The position numbers and the translations under genes were made by a program. A stretch of 6,383 nt of DNA, taken from assembly GCA_964510585.1 (NCBI GenBank), contig CAZECW010000211.1, positions 1 to 6,383 of the forward strand. Reading direction: 5' to 3'. Below are positions 1 to 6,250 of the stretch, in pieces (position 1 is the first letter of the stretch; every line of letters begins with the position of its first letter). A model generated the notes under the pieces. The model worked only from the letters and a program-made list of their open reading frames with translations. It was not told the origin of the DNA and made no database searches. Source of the DNA: an uncultured archaeon. Its GTDB lineage: Archaea; Asgardarchaeota; Jordiarchaeia; Jordiarchaeales; Jordiarchaeaceae.

Positions 1-1
1 C

Positions 2-241
2 TGTCTGCACTATGATAAGATGTGGTTTGATTTTCCAGACTGGGACAAAATTAAGGCTGGCCCTCCAGACGTTATTGCTGCCTATGAGAAGGAGAGGTAC
101 AAGATTGCCTGTTCTGACCCCAAGAGCAAGTACTGGAACCCCGGACCCAGTGACTACTGGATACCTATGGAGCACTACCAAGCCTGGGTTGACGCCTGCA
201 AAAAGTATGGTTCCTATCCAAAAGGCTGGGAGCAACCATAA
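2..241 (+). CDS. 3' end of an unidentified protein, probably truncated by the window edge; Trp/Tyr/Pro-rich C-terminus
   Basis: Frame 2 is open from base 2 (CLHYDK then MWFDFPDW...GWEQP) to TAA at 239-241. There is no SD before ATG20, so the true start is probably upstream. It is followed by an AT-rich intergenic region. I recognise no family motif. Confidence 0.7.
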   Translation, partial: CLHYDKMWFDFPDWDKIKAGPPDVIAAYEKERYKIACSDPKSKYWNPGPSDYWIPMEHYQAWVDACKKYGSYPKGWEQP

Positions 242-256
242 AACAAGTTTTATAAA
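241..256 (+). promoter_or_regulatory. Candidate archaeal BRE/TATA promoter for the SCP2 gene
   Basis: A purine-rich AAACAAG (241-247) is followed by TTTTATAAA (248-256), about 50 nt upstream of the TTG start at 306. Confidence 0.5.
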
Positions 257-290
257 CATTCCATTTAATTTGATAGTTAGTGTTTGATTA

Positions 291-296
291 GGAGGT
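291..296 (+). promoter_or_regulatory. Shine-Dalgarno site GGAGGT for the SCP2 gene
   Basis: GGAGGT lies 9 nt before the TTG at 306. Confidence 0.8.
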
Positions 297-305
297 AAAA
301 AATTT

Positions 306-698
306 TTGGCGACTATAGAGGATTCAGACGCCTGTTTTCATTTTGGCGTTGAGAGAATTAAGAAAATACATGAGGAAGGCTTAGGTGTGGGGTGGAACCC
401 CTTTACAGTGGTTATGTGGCTTGAGGACTTGAAAAGGGGATACTGGTACAAGTTTAAGAAAGACGGTATTCTTGAGGATGCAAAAATAGTTACTGGCGAA
501 CCACCGGAAGCCACAGCTGTTGTGTATATGTCGAGTGATGATTGGGTTGGCCATCACACGAAAGAAGTGGATCTGGCTGAAAAGTACTTTTCAGGCGAAA
601 TGAAGGTTAAGGGTGATGTAGTAGTTCTACAACAGTACCAAACCTATGATTCCTACGAACCCTACTATCCTCCGGGACATCCTAAACACAAAAAATAA
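306..698 (+). CDS. SCP2 (sterol carrier protein 2-like) lipid/acyl-CoA binding domain protein, 130 aa, TTG start
   Basis: The size fits, and the SCP2-like C-terminal half is present: 'ATAVVYMSSDDW....EVDLAEKYFSGEMKVKGDVVVL' (G-x-[ML]-K-[VI]-x-G-D). It has a good SD. Confidence 0.75.
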   Translation: MATIEDSDACFHFGVERIKKIHEEGLGVGWNPFTVVMWLEDLKRGYWYKFKKDGILEDAKIVTGEPPEATAVVYMSSDDWVGHHTKEVDLAEKYFSGEMKVKGDVVVLQQYQTYDSYEPYYPPGHPKHKK

Positions 699-712
699 TC
701 GAAGCCGGCAGA

Positions 713-727
713 ATCCATTGAATGGAT
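713..727. repeat. Perfect 7-1-7 inverted repeat ATCCATT-G-AATGGAT
   Basis: Seen directly, 14 nt after the SCP2 stop in the convergent intergenic region. Confidence 0.6.
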
Positions 728-736
728 AAGAAATTT

Positions 737-779
737 GGGGATAGGTAACTGTCCCCTTCCCTAATTTCATCCCTTTTTT
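737..779 (+). terminator. GC-rich hairpin with GUAA tetraloop followed by a T6 tract; candidate terminator between convergent genes
   Basis: GGGGATAG-GTAA-CTGTCCCC (737-756) gives 8 bp with one G-U pair and a GNRA loop. TTTTTT follows at 774-779. Confidence 0.5.
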
Positions 780-871
780 GGCTCATTCTTCGATGTTTAA
801 CTTGCAACGTCACTTGTTTCTAGATTCTTTTTTCTGTGAAATTATTGTCTTTATGCGCTGATTTGTTGAAG

Positions 872-2557
872 TTACACTGTTTGTGGTTTGAATTCTCCAA
901 AAACTTCTCTTAAAACTTGGCATATTTCCCCCAGTGTGGCGTAGGCTTTAACTGCTTCTATTAGGGTGGGCATTAGATTGCATTTTTCCTGCTTCGCCTC
1001 TTCTCGTAGCTTTTCAAGGAGGCTGTCCACCAGTCTATTGTTGCGTTCCTCTTTTATTTTTTTGAGATTGGAAATTGCCTCCTTTTCGATTTGTGGGTCT
1101 AATTTGTGTAGGGATAATTGAAGCTTTTCATCTGTTTGAAACTTGTTAACTCCTACAATGATTCTTTCGCCCCTTTCTACTTCCTTCTGGTAATTGTAAG
1201 CCATTGAGGCTATTTCCTTCTGAATATACCCCCTCTCGATGGCCTTCACCATTCCCCCCATTTCATCAATTTTCCTAATGTATTCCAATGCTTGCTCTTC
1301 AAGTTTGTCTGTCAGCGTTTCTATAAAGTATGAGCCTCCAAGTGGGTCTATGGTTTTTGTGACTCCGCTTTCGTAGGCTATTATCTGCTGGGTTCGCAGG
1401 GCTATTCTTACGGATTCCTCGGTTGGGAGGGCTAGGGCTTCATCCATGCTGTTTGTATGTAGGGATTGGGTTCCGCCTAGGACTGCGGCTAGTGCTTGAA
1501 TTGTTACTCTTATTATGTTGTTTTCTGGCTGTTGAGCGGTTAGGGTTGAACCTGCGGTTTGGGTGTGGAACCTTAATTGCAGGGAGCCTTCCTCCTTGGC
1601 CTTAAATCTGTTCTTCATTATTTTGGCCCACATTCTTCGCGCTGCCCTGAATTTTGCTATTTCCTCAAAGAAGTCGTTGTGTGAGCTGAAGAAGAAGGAT
1701 AATCTTCCTGCGAATTGGTCTATGTCTAATCCTCTCTCTAAGACTGCGTTCACATATGATATTCCGTTTGCGAGGGTGAAGGCAATTTCTTGGACGGCGT
1801 TGGCACCAGCCTCCCTAATGTGGTATCCTGAAATTGATATGGGGTTCCATCTGGGCATGTTTTTGGTACAATATTCTATTACGTCGGTAACCAGCCGCAT
1901 AGAGGGTTTTGGGGGGAAAATGTATGTTCCCCGGGCAACGTACTCCTTGAGAATGTCGTTTTGAACTGTCCCTGCAAGTTTTGAAATGTCAACTCCCTGT
2001 TTTTGGGCAACTGCAATATACATGGCTAATATGATTGCGGTGGGAGCATTAATGGTCATTGAGGTGCTAACTTTGTCTAGCGGTATCCCCTCAAAAAGGG
2101 TTTCCATATCCTTTAGGGTGTCAATTATTACTCCAACTCTTCCAACTTCTCCCTGGGCAAGTGGGTGATCTGAATCGTATCCCATCTGTGTAGGAAGATC
2201 AAAGGCCACACTGAGGCCAGTTTGCCCCTGCTCAATAAGGTACTTGAACCTCTTATTGGTTTCCTTGGCTGAAGCGAATCCAGCGTATTGCCGCATGGTC
2301 CAGAGTCTTCCCCTATACATGGTGGGGTAAACGCCTCTAGTGTAGGGGTACTCTCCTGGAAAACCTAGCTCCTCAACATAGCTTTTTCCGATTCTGTCCA
2401 ATGGAGTGTAAAGTCTATTCAAAACTATTCCAGAGGCGGAGAGGAATATTTTCTCCCGTTCAGGATTTTTCTCTAAAAACTTACTGAGCTTTTCCTTCTC
2501 CCACTTCTCAAGTCCTTTTTTTAGACTCTGCAATTCTTCACCATCATCCTCAGACAT
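872..2557 (-). CDS. mcmA: Methylmalonyl-CoA mutase, large (substrate-binding, N-terminal domain) subunit of a split enzyme, about 561 aa
   Basis: Family motifs are present: [78 protein letters not shown] and [11 protein letters not shown]. There is no DxHxxG cobalamin domain. I prefer ATG 2557 over TTG 2563 because GAGGT (2569-2565) is 7 nt from the ATG and only 1 nt from the TTG. Confidence 0.95.
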   Translation of the reverse strand: MSEDDGEELQSLKKGLEKWEKEKLSKFLEKNPEREKIFLSASGIVLNRLYTPLDRIGKSYVEELGFPGEYPYTRGVYPTMYRGRLWTMRQYAGFASAKETNKRFKYLIEQGQTGLSVAFDLPTQMGYDSDHPLAQGEVGRVGVIIDTLKDMETLFEGIPLDKVSTSMTINAPTAIILAMYIAVAQKQGVDISKLAGTVQNDILKEYVARGTYIFPPKPSMRLVTDVIEYCTKNMPRWNPISISGYHIREAGANAVQEIAFTLANGISYVNAVLERGLDIDQFAGRLSFFFSSHNDFFEEIAKFRAARRMWAKIMKNRFKAKEEGSLQLRFHTQTAGSTLTAQQPENNIIRVTIQALAAVLGGTQSLHTNSMDEALALPTEESVRIALRTQQIIAYESGVTKTIDPLGGSYFIETLTDKLEEQALEYIRKIDEMGGMVKAIERGYIQKEIASMAYNYQKEVERGERIIVGVNKFQTDEKLQLSLHKLDPQIEKEAISNLKKIKEERNNRLVDSLLEKLREEAKQEKCNLMPTLIEAVKAYATLGEICQVLREVFGEFKPQTV

Positions 2558-2564
2558 TTTCAAA

Positions 2565-2571
2565 ACCTCTA
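2565..2571 (-). promoter_or_regulatory. SD (GAGGT) for the mutase, overlapping the DUF35 stop codon
   Basis: The minus strand reads TAG-AGGT-TTTGAAA-ATG, so the TAG stop (2571-2569) shares its G with GAGGT. Confidence 0.75.
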
Positions 2572-2940
2572 AATAGGTTCAAAAATAATTCCTAGGGCTG
2601 GTTTGCCCTCTGAGTCCACTGATACTTGCCCATATGTGGGTTTGACCCTCATCCCTATTTCGACCTTTTCCTTCTCGGAGATCTGGCCGAAGATTCTCAC
2701 CCCATTATCAAATTCCACTATACCGAATACGTAGGGTGGTTCACCCTTCAGGGTTTCGGGGAGGGCGTATAGCTTTGTGAATGTTATGACTTTGCCGCTA
2801 TCTAAAGGTTCAGGGTAAATGTCTTCAAATTCTGAGGCTCTACACTTAATACATTTAATCCTTCCCGGATACTGGATTCTACCACACCTTTTACATTTAA
2901 TTCTCCGAAGCTCTTCCATCATTTTCTCCTTATTTTCCAT
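2569..2940 (-). CDS. DUF35-family Zn-ribbon + OB-fold protein (ChsH2-like acyl-CoA-binding scaffold), about 123 aa
   Basis: Two CxxC pairs (CKRC...CIKC) are followed by 'GKVITFT', '[19 protein letters not shown]' and 'VEIGMRV'. I moved the start from TTG 3000 to ATG 2940 because GGGTGAT (2953-2947) is optimally spaced from it. Confidence 0.9.
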   Translation of the reverse strand: MENKEKMMEELRRIKCKRCGRIQYPGRIKCIKCRASEFEDIYPEPLDSGKVITFTKLYALPETLKGEPPYVFGIVEFDNGVRIFGQISEKEKVEIGMRVKPTYGQVSVDSEGKPALGIIFEPI

Positions 2941-2946
2941 CTGGTA

Positions 2947-2953
2947 ATCACCC
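2947..2953 (-). promoter_or_regulatory. Shine-Dalgarno site GGGTGAT for the DUF35 gene
   Basis: It lies 6 nt upstream of ATG 2940. Confidence 0.7.
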
Positions 2954-3265
2954 ATAAATAGGCAGAGAGAATCAATAATTAGAGTGTAGCTATTCACCAA
3001 TATTAAACTATTTCAGCACCTCCAAAAATAGCAGGCCTAATTTGATAAAATGTGTGCCAAAAGGTTTGTAGTGTAAATCGTCCGGAGCGGGGGTTTAATT
3101 TTTGGATAGAGGTTCTATTCTTTTCTATAGAAGTCCTAAATATTTTTTCTTTTGTCCAAAGAAGCCCCTTTTACAATTTATTTTTAGGGATACCTGAAGC
3201 AGCCAAGCCAAATCATCCATCAATTACTTGTATCCCAAAAGTCAGAGACCTTTTTATGCCTAACC

Positions 3266-3277
3266 AAAAAAGAAAAA
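3266..3277 (-). terminator. Archaeal oligo-T terminator after the SDR gene
   Basis: The minus strand reads TTTTTCTTTTTT, starting 12 nt after the SDR stop. Confidence 0.6.
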
Positions 3278-3289
3278 GTTTTGGGTTCT

Positions 3290-4240
3290 CTAAATTAAAC
3301 CCACTTTTTTGAAAATGTCGATAAACTCTGGGTTTGGGGGAGCCTTCTTAATCAATTCTTTGAGTCTGGGGCCTAATTCCTCGGGCGTCCAAGTGCCGTT
3401 CTTCTTCACCTCTCCCACATCATGCCAAGACTGTAAGAGGAAAACAGTACCCCCAACAAGTCTAATCACCCTACCTGTAATGTCTTTTGCGTCGTCTGAA
3501 GCTAAATAAACCACCAGAGGGGCAAGGTTTTGGGGTCCCAGCGGGTCGTACCCAAACCTTTTAGTCATCTCTTCGGGAGTGCTCATTATAGGCGCTATAG
3601 AAGGAGTCGCCTCCGTCGTCAACCTGGTCCTAGCCACAGGAACTACAGTATTTGCAGTCACCCCATACTTCGCCATTTCCTTCGCCACGATATTCGTGAA
3701 AGCCACGATTCCAGCCTTGGCAGCCCCGTAATTGCTTTGACCTGGATTATAGAGCAAGCCCGCATCGGAAGCAGTGTTTATTATTCTTCCTGCTACGGGT
3801 TTTCCTTCTTTGGATTGGGCTCTCCAGTAGTTGCAGGCGTGTCTGGTGCAGTTGAATGTTCCCTTGAGGTGAACGCCTATCACTGCGTCGAAATCTTCCT
3901 CTTCCATGTTGAATATCATTTTGTCTCTTAGGATTCCGGCATTGTTGACCAGTATGTCCAATTTTCCGAAGGTGCTAATAGCCTGGTCAATTATCCTCTT
4001 TGCTCCCTGGAAGCTTGTGACGCTCTCATAGTTGGGGGCTGCTTCCCCTCCCATCTTCTTGATTTCGTTTACCACCTCGTCAGCGGGACCATGAAATTCA
4101 CCCTTCCCATCATAGCTTCCGCCCACATCATTAACAATCACTTTCGCCCCATACTTTGCAAGGAGTAAGGCTTCTTCGCGTCCTAAACCTCTTCCAGCGC
4201 CAGTAACTATAGCTACTTTACCTTTAAGTGATATTGGCAT
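3290..4240 (-). CDS. Classical SDR oxidoreductase, MFE-2/HSD17B4 (3-hydroxyacyl-CoA dehydrogenase)-like and Rv3548c-like, probably NAD(H)-dependent, 316 aa
   Basis: It has TGAGRGLG, VNDVGG (acidic residue at the end of beta2, suggesting NAD), NNAGILRD, VHLKG, Ser158, Y171-x3-K175 (YGAAK) and ARTRLT. Confidence 0.92.
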   Translation of the reverse strand: MPISLKGKVAIVTGAGRGLGREEALLLAKYGAKVIVNDVGGSYDGKGEFHGPADEVVNEIKKMGGEAAPNYESVTSFQGAKRIIDQAISTFGKLDILVNNAGILRDKMIFNMEEEDFDAVIGVHLKGTFNCTRHACNYWRAQSKEGKPVAGRIINTASDAGLLYNPGQSNYGAAKAGIVAFTNIVAKEMAKYGVTANTVVPVARTRLTTEATPSIAPIMSTPEEMTKRFGYDPLGPQNLAPLVVYLASDDAKDITGRVIRLVGGTVFLLQSWHDVGEVKKNGTWTPEELGPRLKELIKKAPPNPEFIDIFKKVGLI

Positions 4241-4243
4241 CTT

Positions 4244-4251
4244 ATCACCCC
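4244..4251 (-). promoter_or_regulatory. Shine-Dalgarno site GGGGTGAT for the SDR gene
   Basis: It lies immediately upstream of 'AAG ATG' at 4240. Confidence 0.7.
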
Positions 4252-4316
4252 ATAAAAACGATATCTACTAGTCATTTTAGTATGATTTTGGTGAACTCTT
4301 TCATAAGCCTTTCTAT

Positions 4317-4359
4317 GTACATAAATGTACTAATAATTATGTTGATATATCACATAATT
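4317..4359. promoter_or_regulatory. Two adjacent palindromes upstream of the SDR gene; candidate operator sites
   Basis: GTACAT-AA-ATGTAC (4317-4330) and AATTATG[T]TGATA|TATCACATAATT (4335-4359, 12-bp arms with one bulged T). Confidence 0.55.
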
Positions 4360-4379
4360 TGGGTAGGATCTAGGAGGGT

Positions 4380-5186
4380 TTATTTTCTTGGACGGTAATC
4401 AAGACTCCTCATATTTGAGGGATCTATTCTTTCTCTTATTAGTTTAATTTGGTTAACTGTAGGTGGTTCTGTCTCAGGAATCTTCTCAGGAAGTAAGAGG
4501 GGGAATCCAGTGTTCTCCTTTACTTCATTCAAAGATACGCCTTTGTGTATAGATTCTAATCGCATTTTTCCACTCTTCTCGTCGAATCCCATCACACAGA
4601 GGTCGGTGATTACTTTGCATGGGCCTCTGCCACTGATTTTTAGGTTTTTTCTCCACTTACCCTCTTCTAAGTGCCCGGGACCTGTGATGAAATCGACTTT
4701 TTCGACGAAGACTCTGGGCTCATGTCTAGGTACGTAAACGAGAAGCCGTCCGCATAGGTGTGCCACGTCGCCTATTGCTACGCCTCCTGGCAGCCGAACT
4801 TTAGGTTTAAAGTAATCTCCCACCACACTATTATTGATGTTACCATATTGGTCTATTTGGCCTGGTCTTATGATTCCAAAGTCGATCTCTCCCCTCTGCC
4901 AGAGGTCGTGGAGGTCTGTTAACTTTATGAGAGCCTCAGCTTTAATGGTTTTAAAGGCAGTAGGGTCAGCCATCACCGCCATATAGTTTGTGTAAGGATC
5001 AGGGTTAACCCACATTCCATATATGCAGATAAGATTCGGTGCGTGGGTTACGCGAGCAAGCTGAGTTGCTATCACTCCAATTGGGGTTGCTGCACCTAGA
5101 TACATTTTTTCTCCATCTCTCATTTCTCGCGCCAAACTCACAATCATTAATTCGTCTATGCCATAATCTTTGGCGTATTCCGACAT
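4380..5186 (-). CDS. Class I CoA-transferase-fold beta subunit (GctB/IpdB-like) apparently lacking the catalytic Glu, 268 aa
   Basis: Family motifs are present: ELMIVSLARE, THAPNL, QIDQYGNIN, GDYFKPKVRLPG, HEPRVFVEKVDFITGPG, VITDLCVMGFD, VKENTGF and IRERIDP. Where GctB-like proteins have 'xxYESG', this one reads 'ICIYGMW'. Confidence 0.88.
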   Translation of the reverse strand: MSEYAKDYGIDELMIVSLAREMRDGEKMYLGAATPIGVIATQLARVTHAPNLICIYGMWVNPDPYTNYMAVMADPTAFKTIKAEALIKLTDLHDLWQRGEIDFGIIRPGQIDQYGNINNSVVGDYFKPKVRLPGGVAIGDVAHLCGRLLVYVPRHEPRVFVEKVDFITGPGHLEEGKWRKNLKISGRGPCKVITDLCVMGFDEKSGKMRLESIHKGVSLNEVKENTGFPLLLPEKIPETEPPTVNQIKLIRERIDPSNMRSLDYRPRK

Positions 5187-5199
5187 TTCTCATCCCCTT

Positions 5200-6048
5200 T
5201 TAGCTCTTTTTCACTTTTTTCAGGTATTCTTCATGATCCTTAACTGAGTAAATGTACTTATCTAGGTACTCTTCGTAAGCTTTAGGATTACTAGAAGCTA
5301 TAGTGTATTCTGTAATGTGGGGAACATCCATAGTATATAGCGGCAGAAAACCAGTTGGATGAGCACCATAGGGCGCCTCCACTACAAGGTCAACTTCATA
5401 TTTTGGTAACATTAATCTTGTATCTTTTTCCGGTTCTCCTTTCACTACCTTCTCCACAGTAACTATTGTTTTCTTGGCCGCTTGGGCAAATGCTACCAAT
5501 AAGTCAGTCATTATCTGGGATTCTAAGGCGTAAATGTTTCCAAGGGAATCGCACTGATATGCATGTATAAGCGCAACGTCAAGTTTGGTTGCTGGCACCG
5601 CTACAGTTTTTTGGTTTGTTATGGGGCAGTCAAAAACTTTAAAGTCCGTATTAACTTTCAGCAGATCTGAACCCAGAAGTGACCTAGTAGGTAGGAAGCT
5701 CACCCCCATAGCTGCAGCTCTGAGGCCCAAAACGAAGGTCAGTTCACTATACTCTTTGAAACTTATTTCACCGTTCTGAACTTTGCTGCGGAAGTTTTGG
5801 GCAAAGCCCATCATCGGGAAACCCACGTAGGCCGCGCAGATTCTTTTAGAACAACCGGAGCCCACCAGCAGATCTACATCTACATCACCCATAAGGGAGT
5901 ATACTGTCAAATCTGTAATTTTTTGTCTCACGATCTCTCTTACGGCGGCCATAGGTTTATAGACAAGAGATGCTCCACCTATTCCTATAGAGTCTCCCCT
6001 TTTTATCTCACTGACTGCTTCTTGTAAACTCACAATCTTTTTCCTCAT
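5200..6048 (-). CDS. Class I CoA-transferase-fold alpha subunit (GctA/IpdA-like), about 282 aa
   Basis: Family motifs are present: SLQEAV, GDSIGIGG, KPMAAVREIVRQKITDLT, RAAAMGVSFLPTRSLLGSDL, DVALIHA, IVTVEKVV and VVEAPYGAHPT. I prefer ATG 6048 over TTG 6054 on SD spacing (GAGGT at 6060-6056). Confidence 0.9.
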   Translation of the reverse strand: MRKKIVSLQEAVSEIKRGDSIGIGGASLVYKPMAAVREIVRQKITDLTVYSLMGDVDVDLLVGSGCSKRICAAYVGFPMMGFAQNFRSKVQNGEISFKEYSELTFVLGLRAAAMGVSFLPTRSLLGSDLLKVNTDFKVFDCPITNQKTVAVPATKLDVALIHAYQCDSLGNIYALESQIMTDLLVAFAQAAKKTIVTVEKVVKGEPEKDTRLMLPKYEVDLVVEAPYGAHPTGFLPLYTMDVPHITEYTIASSNPKAYEEYLDKYIYSVKDHEEYLKKVKKS

Positions 6049-6055
6049 ATTCAAA

Positions 6056-6060
6056 ACCTC
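6056..6060 (-). promoter_or_regulatory. Shine-Dalgarno site GAGGT for the alpha subunit
   Basis: It lies 7 nt upstream of ATG 6048. Confidence 0.7.
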
Positions 6061-6066
6061 TCCATC

Positions 6067-6080
6067 TCCTTAATTAAGGA
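6067..6080. promoter_or_regulatory. Perfect 14-bp palindrome TCCTTAATTAAGGA just upstream of the alpha-subunit SD; candidate operator
   Basis: Seen directly. A second TTTAATTAAA palindrome lies at 6125-6134. Confidence 0.5.
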
Positions 6081-6250
6081 TTCACTCCCAAAAACGTAGA
6101 TAATCCTTAAAATTTTTCACCCAATTTAATTAAAATACAGATTCAACCGACTTAATAGCTCATCGCTCTAATAATTTTAATGTTCAATTACTTATTCTGC
6201 CTGACCTTCAGGCCACAATTTCTTTTGCTCGAGGGTATCCGTATTTTTAC

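Noticed and set aside
12-287. 91-aa ORF overlapping ORF 2..241
   Set aside because: It is an alternative frame of the same strand that runs into the AT-rich promoter region and has no recognisable motif.
1423-2168. Plus-strand ORFs 1423..1605, 1563..1964 and 1986..2168
   Set aside because: They are antisense shadows of the well-supported mutase gene.
2941-3000. N-terminal extension of DUF35 from TTG 3000, and similarly TTG starts at 2563 and 6054
   Set aside because: SD spacing favours the downstream ATGs (2940, 2557, 6048).
3239-3250. AAGTCAGAGACC, resembling the 3' end of a cobalamin riboswitch near a B12 enzyme
   Set aside because: It is on the wrong strand relative to the mutase, and I see none of the other conserved riboswitch elements. 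An Infernal search would settle it.
3052-3312. 86-aa plus-strand ORF in the SDR-DUF35 gap
   Set aside because: It has no SD, is Phe-rich from T-tracts, overlaps the SDR 3' end and terminator, and shows no domain.
3309-3931. Plus-strand ORFs 3309..3509 and 3530..3931
   Set aside because: They are antisense shadows of the SDR gene.
4510-6027. ORFs 4510..4737, 5585..5779 and 5797..6027 (+) and 5005..5193 (-)
   Set aside because: They are shadow or alternative-frame ORFs within the CoA-transferase-fold genes.
6199-6213. GCCTGA-CCT-TCAGGC 6-3-6 inverted repeat
   Set aside because: It is short and has no supporting context, so it could be chance.
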